A stretch of DNA of 63,685 nucleotides from the NCBI GenBank assembly GCA_051294375.1, contig CM119266.1:7438028-7501712 (forward strand), written 5' to 3'. Source of the DNA: Paraspadella gotoi (lineage: Eukaryota; Animalia; Chaetognatha). Below the pieces are notes generated by a model that saw only the letters and a program-made list of their open reading frames with translations, was not told the origin of the DNA and searched no databases. Position numbers and translations under genes: made by a program. Positions 44,313-56,528 of this stretch are shown here, one piece after another; the stretch's first letter is position 1; each line of letters begins with the position of its first letter.

Positions 44313-47300
44313 TTCATCCCTTCCCCCTTTCTCCCTCCCACTCTGATTCGATCCCTACCTATTCCCTTCCCCTCTCCTTCACTCTTCCTCCTCACCATTC
44401 CCTTCTCCTTTCCATCTCCTCCCTCTTTCCTTCTCTCCCTCTCCCCCTCTTCCCCTCTTCCCCTCTCTCCCTCTGCTACTCCCAATCTTTTCCCCATTCT
44501 CCTCCCCCTGCTACTTTCTCTTCCTACCCTACTTCCCCTCCGATCCCTTCCCCTCCTTATCTCTTCCCTCTCTTCCTCTTATCTTCCCATTCCTCCTCCC
44601 CCATCTCTTTTTTTCTCCTCCTTACTCCCCAGGTCCTCGCCAACGCCCTCTCCCGAGCACCCCTCGCCCACAGCGTCGACGTCGACGCCCTGCGAGCCGC
44701 CCACCACGTGGCGACTCGTTTGGCGGAGAGGGCGGACGCGGCGCAGGCGACGACTGAAAGGGCGGAGACGCTCGTGCGACTCTTCAAGAGGCTGGTGGGT
44801 TTTTATTGGATTGATTGATTGATTGATTGATTGATTGCTTTTTTTATCGATCGATCTATTCAATTATTGATTTCTCGATAGATTGTGATGTATATTTTAC
44901 TTACTTTTTTATTCGTTCATCAATTCAGATAATCATCAATTTGTTGATTGATTATTTGATCAACTTCATTAATTCATTCATTTCATTGTTCATCGATTCA
45001 TACCTTCGTTCATTCCATCATTCGGTCATTCCTCGTTTCATTCCATCCCATGCACTCCACTCAGATCTGGCCCAGAGGCGCCGTCCGCCCCGAGGTCAAC
45101 CCCAACACCGATTGGCTCGTCAAAGAAGGAAAATTCTCTCTCGACGGCGGAGGCGTTATCTTTGTTTATCTCCTTCGCCGTCACGTCATCGTCGCCACGC
45201 CCATTCTCATGCAGAAATCTCAGAGGGTAAGGAAAGGCGTTGTTTTTACAACAAAAGATTTGAAAAATAGGCAATACTGCTAAAATATGTAAATGAGATT
45301 AAATAACTAGACCTCACAGTTGCCCTTTTTGGCTCAACGCTTACCTTTGTTCGAATGTGATTACAACCTGTAAGAAATACTACCGCTGCACGTTCTTAAT
45401 TAAGTGAAACAAATCAAAATCTCATTTGCATATTAGAGTATAATGAACCAATATTAATGGTTTAGTGGAGTTCATAGAAATTTAGTCAAAAATTTTATAA
45501 AAAGCGTCGAGAGGCAATTTTCTTCTTTTTTTCTCGAATTACAACAAGTACCAAAAAAGATGTAATCTAATCTGGATTCTTAGGACTTTTGTGTTGCACT
45601 CAGACTATCATGATATTGGCGGTTTAACTTATTTAAAAATTCGTTTATAAAAGACTATTATTTTATGGAAGTATATTGTATTGCTAGTAGAAGCAATTCC
45701 CGAAGTACATTTTAAATTTGAAAAGGTTTACAAAGCCTTGGTTTTAAAAAAGTTAACTCCTTTATTCCCCCCTCTCTCTCTCTCTCTCTCTCTCACACAG
45801 ATCCTCTCCTACTCTCGCGCTCGCGACGCCGTTTTCGACTTTTCTCGCTGCGCCATGACTTTGAGCGCCGCCTCGTCGTTCGGTGCAGGAATCGGTGGCG
45901 TTAATCTCGTCTCCGGCGCCGCCTCCTTCGCCGGCGCGCTGAGCGGTGTCTTTGGTGGCGCCTTATTCTCTCAGAGCGCAAAGTAATTATATTACTATGA
46001 AATTGTAGTATATAATTGTATTAACATTATTAATTCATGATCGTCCATAAAAATCAACGTTTATTATTCTGCTATGGCAACAGCCGGGTTTCCTGTGATG
46101 CCCATTGAGATGGGGCATCTCACAGTTGGCTTTGGAGGCTTCCTACCATCAGGGTCGCCTCCAGTCACTGGCGCGGTTACCCTAGGACGGTCTCGCTTTG
46201 CTTATGCAGAGGGAAGTCGTGGATGGAACACAACGCCTGGGATGGTGTGTTCCCCCTCTGAGTCAATGGTCAATGACTGAACGATGGTGGACATAAGGCG
46301 GTGTGAATATACCGCCCCACTGCATTCTAATTTGAAAATTGCTTGAATATAGTTAAATTGGATGCAAATTGCGTATTACATTAATTCCCGACCTAATACT
46401 TATTACTCTGGCTGTTAAAGAAATAGACTGTGAAGAGTCTAGATTAGAAGCATTAACTTACCAAAGAGTTTAGTCAAAATAGTAGCTTATTTATGAAAAG
46501 AATAACAAAAATTTATTGGTTTTACCAATTTTATAAATTACCTAAATCAACTTCGCAATCATAATTTCATTTTATAATATTTCTCAATTTAATCATTATT
46601 AGAATTATCAAACTCATAAATTGATACTTACCTCAAAGCAGCGCCGTCTGCACATTGATGGGTCCTTTCAGCGGAGCGACGCTAAAGGCTGACGACGACG
46701 ACACCTCTCTTCTGTTGACGCCCGATGTTGTCGTCCCTGCTAGACTACAGCTCAAAGAGAACAAGTGAGAGAGAGAGAGAGAGAAAGAATAAGAGAATGA
46801 GAAATTGACAAAGAAATGACCACTCCTTCCTCCCCCACAGAGTCCACACTTCCCCGGAAGAGTCCGGTCCTTTGGAGTGGCGCCTCCACTGTTGCCCCAA
46901 GATGGCCTACGAGTGGAGTCAAGCGTTGGCGCCTTTGATGGAGGAGAAACACGCCGTTAAATTCAAGTGAGACGAGGATAAGAAAAAAGAGATTAAATAC
47001 CGAGTAGAGAGTCAAAATGTCCTTTTTAAATTTCCATTCCTGTTTTTAGTTGAAAATAATTCTCCAATTTGTATTTATACTCAAGTAGTTAAGATATAAC
47101 TAGGAAACACGCTTAAAAATAAATAATATGCAAATAGGCTTGGAAACGAGGCTTGTCAAAAACAAAAGACCGTCCATGAGCAAGTAGTTCGACGGTGTCT
47201 TTTTTCTCCCGTTATTTACCACCTTTCCAACCACCCCCACCCCTCTTTTCCAACCACCACATCCACCCTCCAAACCCCAGCCCCGCCATCCAACCCCGCT

Positions 47301-47788
47301 ACCGCGTTGTCTCCGACTTCCTCGCTCAACGCGTCGACGAACTTTCGATCGTCGCCGGAGAATTCGTTCGAGTCAAAACGATTCCGAAGGAGAATTGGGA
47401 GCTGAGATATGGATGGTTGGAGGTGGAAAAAGAAAGACGGGAAGGTGGGTTGGTTAAGGGTGGTTGGAGGTGGGAGAATGATCTATGGAATGGGGCTCAT
47501 ATGGGTGGTTAGGTAAGCATTAGAAGGGATAATGCAAGTCATTGGTTCCAGTGGGATTCCTCCCACGCGGGATTCCTAAAAGAATAAGGATTAAATGAAT
47601 AAATACATAAATAAATAAATGATAAGTAAATAAACAAATAATTGTTTTCCGTTTTGTCAGAAACGGTCTTCGAGGGATGGATCCCCGAGCGATGCGTCGT
47701 TGAAGTTAATTCCTCAGTCACGGAAATTTTGGAGAATTTTCGTCGGAGTGAATTTAATGCGGAATCGAATCGAGAGAGAAACAGTTGA
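42315..47788 (+). CDS. Ephexin-family (NGEF/SGEF-like) DH-PH-SH3 protein, exons 4-14: 42315-42451 (1-nt deletion near 42345), 42886-43028, 43570-43731, 43923-44052, 44633-44794, 45065-45226, 45801-45982, 46639-46764, 46841-46966, 47281-47444, 47661-47788
   Basis: Ephexin-like W..MKEV...RLFYEAMFE, DH AYLALPMQHVVKY, PH WLVKEG...VYLL...EWSQALAP, SH3 VVSDFLAQRVDELSIVAGE...GWLEV...GWIPERCVVEV, stop at 47786-47788. All intron phases are consistent. Confidence 0.85.
46074..46335. other. GC-rich multi-hairpin island in an ephexin intron (structured RNA or mobile-element fragment)
   Basis: Stems ctgtga..tcacag, tggaggc..gcctcca, cagaggg..ccctctg enclosing ggaacac..gtgttcc, agtca..tgact and ggcggt..accgcc. 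Confidence 0.4.
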
Positions 47789-48224
47789 ACAGTCGTTGTT
47801 GTTTTTTTGTTGTTATTTTTTTTTTAATTCTTTTTTACATTTTTAGTTTCATGCCATCATCGCATCATAAGAAATCAAAAGTATTGTAAATCCGAATTTT
47901 TTTAAAAAAATTTGTATTTACTCAGAGAAAAGCTGTACAGATTATTTTATAATTAAAACTGCAATAAATATTACAATAAATACATTGTAATATGAACTTC
48001 TCTTATTATTTATTAGTCAGAATTACCCGACTGTTAAAATTTTTTAATTTGTTTCTTATTTACAAAAACTATTTAATTTACCTATTCCGCTTCTGAAAAT
48101 AATTAATTAGAATTTTTTTTTTAGGTCCGTCTCCTCCTAGTACTAGATTCAAAAAAAGCTATATCAATTAGTGCTTATCATTATGTACGTAATTGAGTCG
48201 TTAATAACGACTAATATCTGCAAC

Positions 48225-48370
48225 TTCCTTGGTCGCCTCGCTAGCAATTCTTGGGCATGAAATGAGGATGAAGGGACGGCCACGCGCCCAAGACCGGTTA
48301 CAGCCGTCCTTCAACTTCACGTTAGGAATTGAAGTGGGACAATCACCCATGAGCTACAGCGACAGAACTT
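48225..48370. other. GC-rich island with nested and crossing complementary segments (candidate structured RNA)
   Basis: tcttgggc(48249-56)/gcccaaga(48286-93) crosses tgaagggacggc(48269-80)/gccgtccttca(48303-13); outer pairs caattc/gaattg and gtcgc/gcgac. Confidence 0.35.
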
Positions 48371-51300
48371 AGTTAATTCTATGAAATTGGTACAAGCAAT
48401 ATAAAAATTATCCATTCATTTAATAAATAAGGAGGGGCCCGTGGTTGATGCATCGAAGGTGGTTAGGGTTAGGGTTGAGGCAGGGGTTGAATGGGAGGCC
48501 CGGTTTAGAGTTAGGGTTAGCTGCGAGCCTCTCCTTTAACTCGCGCTTTTCATTATATTCGCTACTTTTATCGCTGGCAAGGTCGCCAGTGGGGGTACTG
48601 GCGATATCGCCATGGCGAAATCGCCAACCAACTAGAACCACACCTGCGACTCGTGCGTGAATCGCCGGCGACATCGCTATTTGAATTTTAAGCGGCATCG
48701 CCAGCATCGTCGACATCGTCTTTACTCTTGAAGAGTGTCGCCGTTTCTTTAAGGCCAGGATGATCAAACTGTATTGGCAGATGATGACTATGGCCATGGC
48801 CGTTGTCGGGAAAAAACCGGGCATGGAGGAGGAGGAAGAGTAGGAGGAAGTGAACGCAGATCCGGGCGAGGAAAGAAGGGAGGAAACGAGAGAGGAAAGG
48901 GGGGAGGAAAAAGGAGACAAAACTGGAGAGGAAAGGAGGGAGGAAACGAGAGAGGAAACGAGAGAGGAAACGAGGGAGGAAGGAGGGAGGGAGTGAGGGA
49001 GGAAACGAGAGTGAAAGAAAATTTTCGTAGGATATACCTTTGGACTGGTTTCGCGTTCCATTTACACAATTGCTATCTAATTTCTATTTTACTTAATGTT
49101 ATCGCATGTTAGTTAGTATTCTTTTTTAAAAATTCTATTTGAGACTGTTGCATCTTTTAACATTTATTAATTCCATTCATTACATTGTACAGTTTTTATT
49201 ATTTTGATTCTCTAAGTTGGGTGAATATGCAAAGTAGTTTTCCTTTTTGGCGATTTTGAAATTTCGATGTACGTTTTTGCTCAGAAGAAGCAAAAAAAAA
49301 TTAAATTATTAATTGATTGGAAACTCCACGTCGGCGAATGTCAAATTTTTATCCTTAAGTAGAAGTGCGACTATTAGGTTTTTTGAGACCTTGTCCGGTT
49401 GGTGAATTATAGATGAATGAGACGATGAACCCTTTTTACTTGGTTACATTTCAAACTCCGCAACTCGTTGGCGGAGTTCCATTAGAAATTGAGTGAAACA
49501 TTACACATACATATGTTTCACTCAATAGTTTTTGTTCGAATTCTAGCAATGTATACAATCACTGTAAAAATTAAATAACAACAAACAAACATTAAAAAAA
49601 AAAATTTTAAATGTCTTTTTTTTTACGAACAAAAGGCGAATATTTTTTTTGCGTCGACAATCGAGAGAAACTTGAAGCGGATTTGAGAGGAAGAAAAAAC
49701 AAAAGAAAAGGAGGAGGAGGAGGAGGAGGAGGAGGAGGAGAGGAGGAGGGGAAAAAAGAGAAAGTAATTCCACAACTTTTTCATTTATAAATTTATTTCA
49801 TAAAATTCATAATTTAATTATGAAAAACTTCCAGATTGCTGGGTTTTTTTTTACGCATATTTTAAAACGAATGAAAAGTTAAGTATTAGATTTATTTATT
49901 ATTTATTTAATATTTGATAATGTAATGGGGAGAGGGATGCTCGTGTTATCTTCTGGAAATAAAGGGAGCATCTAACATTCTTCCCTAGTTTTCTAATAAG
50001 ATATTAACCATCATTCTCATTAGGAAGTAATTTATTTAAAAATTAGATTTGATTATTATTTCATTTTTTTTCGGTTTTAAACAGTATTTTTTCCTCATTC
50101 AATCTTGTCGCCGACTTAAGAGAAAATATGGTGTTCTTTGTCGTCTTTATTTTTCCTCATTTGTTTTTGGCGCCGTCGTCGTCGTCGTCGTCGTGGTTCG
50201 GTTCATTGTCGTCACCCTTTCCGTCGTGGTCAACGTGTTCCCAGTTTGTCATTCTCCTCATTGTCAGCGACGTCGTCGTCGTCATTCCTTCATTTGTCAT
50301 TCTCTTTCTTGTCATTCTCTTTCTTCCCTTCATCGTTCGAGTCTCGCCGTCCTCACCCTGTCGTCTTCATTGTCAAGGGAATATAAAAAGGCAGACTCCC
50401 TCCACCAAAAGGGGCCAGTGCTCTTTAGGTGGCCTGGGAAAAGCACATGGAACTGAAAAAATTAACTTAAAAAATTCTAAGAGAAATAACAGCTTTTAAT
50501 TTTGTCCTTAGAATATGTTTTTGTATTACGAAATCTTAAAATACATACTACTATCATGTATAATCTTGCCAAGTTTTCAAGTCAATAGTAAGAGGATGGG
50601 AAGTGCTTTGCTTAGAGGGGACGAGATAACAACTTTCGATATTCCTGCCCAACAAGGTTTTACCCTTTCACCCTTTCCGGTTTCAAGTCGCAAGTCCATA
50701 ATCTTGCCACACCCTACCACACCCTGCCACACCCTGCTACGTCTACCCTTCTCCTTCGTAGGCCTACCTCCTCTTGGATCTTCCTCCTCCTTCTCCTCCT
50801 CCTCTTCCTGCTCCTCTTCCTCCTCCTCCTCTTCCCAGACTCCTCGATTGGGACGGAAAAAAAGAAACAAAAAAGAAACAAAGGAAGATTTTTTTGTTTT
50901 GTTTTTTTTTGGGGGGGAAGAAAAAAAGAGAAAAATAATCCTGTCCGACGACGACGACGACGACGGCGGCGGCAGCGGCAGCGGCAGCGGCAGCGGCAGC
51001 GGCGGGAAACGGCGCGACGTGACGTCGGCGTCGTCGTTGTTGTTGTTGTTATGGTCGACTTTTTTAGTCGCCGTCTTAGGCTAACAATTGTATATATCAT
51101 GTATTCAATATTCATTGAAAATTAAATATAAACCCATTGAAGAAAATTAATTTAGATTATCTATGCTTTTTGGGTCCAAATTGATACAAATTTAAAGATA
51201 ATTATTATTTTATCATCAGTGACATCAGTCCCATTTTCACAAAATCGTAGAAAGTTTACTTTAACAGGAAAACGCTCGCTTGATTCGATCGAGATTAAAT

Positions 51301-51411
51301 TACAATTTCGTAATATGTCAGCCTACAAGTAAATATTAACTTTAAAAGATCAGATTATATCACTGAAAAACAACTGGTCATTAGAAGCTGACCCACAGAA
51401 AAAGAGAGAGT

Positions 51412-51440
51412 CCATAAATGCCCATAAATGCCCATAAATG
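51412..51440. promoter_or_regulatory. Three tandem CCATAAATG motifs (Cdx/posterior-Hox-type TTTATGG) upstream of Dlx
   Basis: 10-nt unit repeated three times, about 1.15 kb 5' of the Dlx ATG. Confidence 0.35.
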
Positions 51441-52116
51441 CAGTGTAAAAGTCAAATAAATTGACCTTTTCTCACAGTTTTAACAATTCTTTGGGATGTT
51501 GCGAGTTATTAGACCTACGATATTGTTATTGTATTGATATTGTATTGGTATTGTAAATCTCGTACAACATCAGTTCATGATGGCATTGTCATCATTCAAT
51601 TCTAAATTATCGTCTCTCTTTTCAGACTGAACGAATTCTCACGAATCTTCGGCATTAATGAACGAATTCTGATGAAACTTAGGTACGAATGAACAAATTC
51701 GGTTGAATTATTTGGTACTAATGAACGATTCCCCTTGAAATTCGGACTCAAAGATTCTCACCTTGAATCACATTTTATTTCTTTTTGTGTCAAAAAAAAA
51801 AAAAAAAGAAAAAAAAAAATTTCAACGGATTTTATGAAGAACAATAAAAGTTTCTTTCTTTCTTTTTCTTTCTTTCTTTTTCTTTGCTTTTCTTTCTCTT
51901 TCGATTCACACAATAATAATTACGCGAGGGAAAAAATATGGAAAAAAATAAAGAGATGGCGTTGACGACGATAACGACGACTACGACGACAACGACAACT
52001 ACGTTCAGAGTTTTCAACTTTCTTTCCACGCATTCAAATTGGAGGAGGAAGAGTAAACGAGAAAGTTTTCCTCTTCCTTTCCTTTTCTCCGCCGTTTTCA
52101 CCTGAACACGACAATT

Positions 52117-52175
<59 letters not shown>

Positions 52176-52595
52176 TTTTCGATCGCCGTTTTTCGTCGTC
52201 TTTCGCCGCAAAACTTTTTCTCCGAATTTTCGATGGAAAAAAAATCGTCTTCATTTTTTTTCTCTTCGTTTTTCTTTCTGAACATTTTTTTTATTTTATT
52301 TTAACATTTAATATTTTCCCACCGCTTGGATTTCTTAACAAAAACAAAGAAAAATAAACAAACAATATTTACTTCGATGAAAAAAGTCATCGAATTTAAT
52401 CATTAAAAATGCGGGAAGACAAAGTTTGTTTTTTCAACAATGCTAAGGCTTTTCCTCGTTATAAACATTGATTAATTTGGCCAAACCGTTTAGCGGAAAA
52501 CAAATAGGCGCCCCCCCTAATTTAATTAAAGCGCCATCGCTCGGTTTGGCGCCAGTAAAAAGCTTCGTCGCACACACACCCCTAAAAAATCCAAA

Positions 52596-55484
52596 ATGGC
52601 CTCTGGCGCCGACTTCGCTTCGGACTCTCGCGGCGCCGCCCACTCTCCTATCGGCGGCGCCAACGATCTCCACCACCCCGGCGCCACGCCCACGACCGAC
52701 GCCGCCTCGCCGGCGCCTCCAAATTTTCGCGCCCGCGGCGCCACCGGAATTCACTCGGCGTCGCGAAGTCCCACTGCGTCACAGCCCGCGGCGTCAAAGA
52801 ACGCCGCCGGTCACGCGCCGGCGCCGTCGTCGGCATCTTCCTCCTCTTCCTCCCCACGTTCCCCAGAAACGGCGTCGTTTCACCATCAACAGCAACATCA
52901 GCCTCCGCCGTCTCAACAGCCCCAGCAGCAGCCATCGACGACTCACCCGCCCTTTCATCCTCACCCTCTTCAATGCCCGACTCCGCCGGAATCCGCAGAC
53001 TCTTTATCCGGCGCCGCAACTCACCCGAGAGCAGCGGCGGGCGCCGCGGCGGCTGCTGCCACGGCGGCGGCGGCGCAGTTGGCGCAATACTCTTCTCCTT
53101 TCGGTTCTCATCCTCATCATCATTACCATCCGCAAACTCACCCCGCCGCTTACTTACCTTACTCCCAGCATCAGCATCTGCAGCATCATCTTCAGCATCA
53201 ACAGCATCCTAGTCACCGCAGCGGGTCGCCGATGGATAAGGGCGTCAAGTGGGAGCCGGAGATTTACGCGTCGCATTTGGGTGGAGGACATTTGGGGGAA
53301 GGGATGTACGAGGGTGAGATGAGAAGTGGGGGGAAGGGGATGGGATGAATGACTGAATGATATGAAATGAATGAATGAATGAATGAATGAATGAATGAAT
53401 GAATGAATGAATGAATGAACAGTGAACTAATAAAAGACTGAATGATTAACTGAGTGAATTAGTAAAAGAAATAATGAACGACTAAATGGATGAAATGGTT
53501 TATAAAAGTATCTATATCAACTTCATTGACAGGGAAGCGAGCTGCTTTGGAAGTTAATAAACTGGACTGTGAAAGCTTGTCTAGGGTCCTACTATGCTAT
53601 TATCTTGTAAAAGGGATGGAGGCCTAAACTCACCACAGCCCGGACAAGATTACTAATTAATTGAAAGAATGGATGAATTTTATACTGATCATAAAATTTC
53701 AACCGTTTAATTATGTGCAAATTAACAAATTAATAAGCGATTAAATTAGTAAATGCTCGAATGATAAAATTAAAAGAAGAATTAATGGAAGACAGAATGA
53801 AAGGAAAATAATAAATAAAAAAACCAACCTAAAATAATGATAAACTAATTGAAAAGTATTGAAAATAAACTTACCCCAACCCTGACCTTCCCCTCGCTTC
53901 AAAATAAACTTACCCCAACCCCGACCTTCCCCTCGCTTCCCCCTCATCTCAGCCCCGGACTCTCCTCTCCACGAACACGACCTCCTCACAGCACGAACGA
54001 CATCTAAAGGGAAAAAGATGCGGAAGCCTCGGACCATCTACTCCAGCCTGCAACTGCAGCAGTTGAACAAGCGATTCCAGCGGACGCAGTACTTGGCGCT
54101 GCCCGAGCGAGCCGAGTTGGCCGCCTCGTTGGGACTTACCCAAACGCAGGTGAGATAGTGGGGGAAGGTGTTGGCTGCTGTTGTTATAATTGTTTTGTTT
54201 ATGTAGGTGTTGTTATAGATGTTGTTGTTGCCAAGGAATTTATTGTTGTTGTCGCCATTTTTCGTTGCGGTTTACAAGCGGTTTTTGTCATCTCTTACTC
54301 TTGCATACAATTGCTCCCTCTCTTTCCAGAAGACAACAAATTTATTTAAAAATTTTGATATAAAATTAATATAAATTTTTAAAGTCTAATTTTGTAAAAC
54401 AAGTAAATTACAGTAAAAACTATCATGACTATGACTGCTATGTAGCTCTGTACCGATCTATGATAAATCATTTTCAACCATACTTAATTGATAAAAGAAT
54501 AAACCTTGAGGGAAAAGTTTTATTTTTTTTAAAAAAATGTCCATTAAGAAAATATTATTTTTTCTTTTGATTATATATTTTTAAAAGATTTATTCGCAAT
54601 GTCATGATTAGTCGTCGTCGTCGTCGTCGTTGTCGTTCCCCCCCCTTCATACATAGGCGCGGCGCTCGTTGATTTCTCATGAGTCAGACTTAAAACTGAT
54701 TCATCTTCGATTTCCATCTCAAATTCCATTTCGTATCTCATTTCGAAATTTAGGATTGTTCAGAAATTTTATTGAGTTTCAGTACTTGATTTAGATTTTA
54801 ATAATTAAAGCTTTTTTTTAACAATTAACCCTAAAATTTGTTCAGAGCGACTTATCTCCTATAAATGTATGAAATACCATCGTTTTCCAATATACACTTG
54901 ACCTCACAATTATTTTTATTAATTACTCAATGGCTTTATTTTTTTTTTATCATTTGGTCTTTCTTTCGTTTTCTAAATTTTTCGAACCTTTTAGATTCCT
55001 AAGAACTTGAATTTTTGCTCGTCCTAACCCTTTAAGCCTTCTGCGCTTTTTTGTTCTATGCACAACAAATATTTGTCTATAATTTTAAGTCCTTATAGTA
55101 TTTCTCGTCGTCGTCGTCGTCGCACTTAACTTGGAAAGTACCAATATAAATATATGCTATAAATTTGACCCACTGACTAACCATTTCGACGTTTATAATC
55201 AAATTAGTTTATCTCTACCTTTGATCGAGATAAATGAAAACCAAAAAAAAATCAAAGTCATAAAATTCTGTCGCCATCAATTTCGTTATCCCGCAAAAAA
55301 AACGTTAGTCACGAATTTATCTCGTAGCAAACGGCATCAAATCGAAAGCAAGCTTTGGAAAAACGAAAGAAAGCATTGGCGAATCTAAAGTGATAGTATT
55401 TGGGGACAGTAATACAAACAGAAAAGAGAAGCTGCGACAGAGAGATAAGAGAGAAAGATAGAAGAGTCGAGAGAGAAAGAAAGA

Positions 55485-55582
<98 letters not shown>

Positions 55583-56144
55583 GAGAGAAGAGAGAGAAAG
55601 AGACAGAGACAGAGTCGCCGAAATGAAAATCCCAAAACCTGTTTTTTTTTCCTTTTTTGAAGGCGAAAGTTTTTGGCGGCGAAGAAACGAATCTTCGTTG
55701 ATTGACGCGTCGGTTGCGTGTCGCTCGGGGAAAGCAAATGCTTGGTAAAGGATAAAAATGCTTGGTCAAGACATGAAAATGTTTGTAAAGAAATCATGTT
55801 ACGTGGAATGCCATGAATTAAAACTTCCGTCAAATTTTTTTTCAATTTAAAAAGATAAAAACTATCAAAACAATTTTAGGTTAAAAATCAAAACATTTGG
55901 AATTGAACTAGAATTACTTAATATAAAATTCAAAAATCATTAAAAACCAAAATTTAATTAGAAGTAGGAGAAACCAATTAAATAAAACTATGGTTCTAAA
56001 TCTCTGGAAAGATTGTTAGAGATTACTTTCGGGAGTGAAATGCTATGCTTGGTCGCCTTTGATTGTTCCTGGAGGCGATCATGCTTGCTTGGTGGCGCGA
56101 TGGATTCCTTGCGTGCGACTTTAGTTTTTGACAATTCAACTTGA

Positions 56145-56188
<44 letters not shown>

Positions 56189-56444
56189 GGTCACAGGTAA
56201 ACTCTTGAAAAACGACCTCGGTAAAATTGGTCCTAAATTTATAAGTTAGGTTTACTGATTCTATGTTTTAATAAAACGTGAATTCAGATATGAATCTGAT
56301 TCAGGAGAAAATTAAATTCAGAAAAGAAAATGAATTTGGTGGAAAAACTTTAAATTTGTAGGTAAAATAAAATCGATTTAATCAAAAAAGAAAAAAAAAA
56401 CAGTTGGACAATAATTCTTTTTAATTTAATTTAGGTATTACGAG

Positions 56445-56528
<84 letters not shown>

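Noticed and set aside
48461-48520. TTAGGG repeats as a true telomere or chromosome fusion site
   Set aside because: Only 2-3 perfect units, and similar degenerate arrays belong to a dispersed repeat family.
50049-52285. ORFs upstream of Dlx (50049-51115, 51735-52285)
   Set aside because: Low-complexity products of (GTC)n, (CCT)n and (GGCAGC)n runs; no coherent exon structure.
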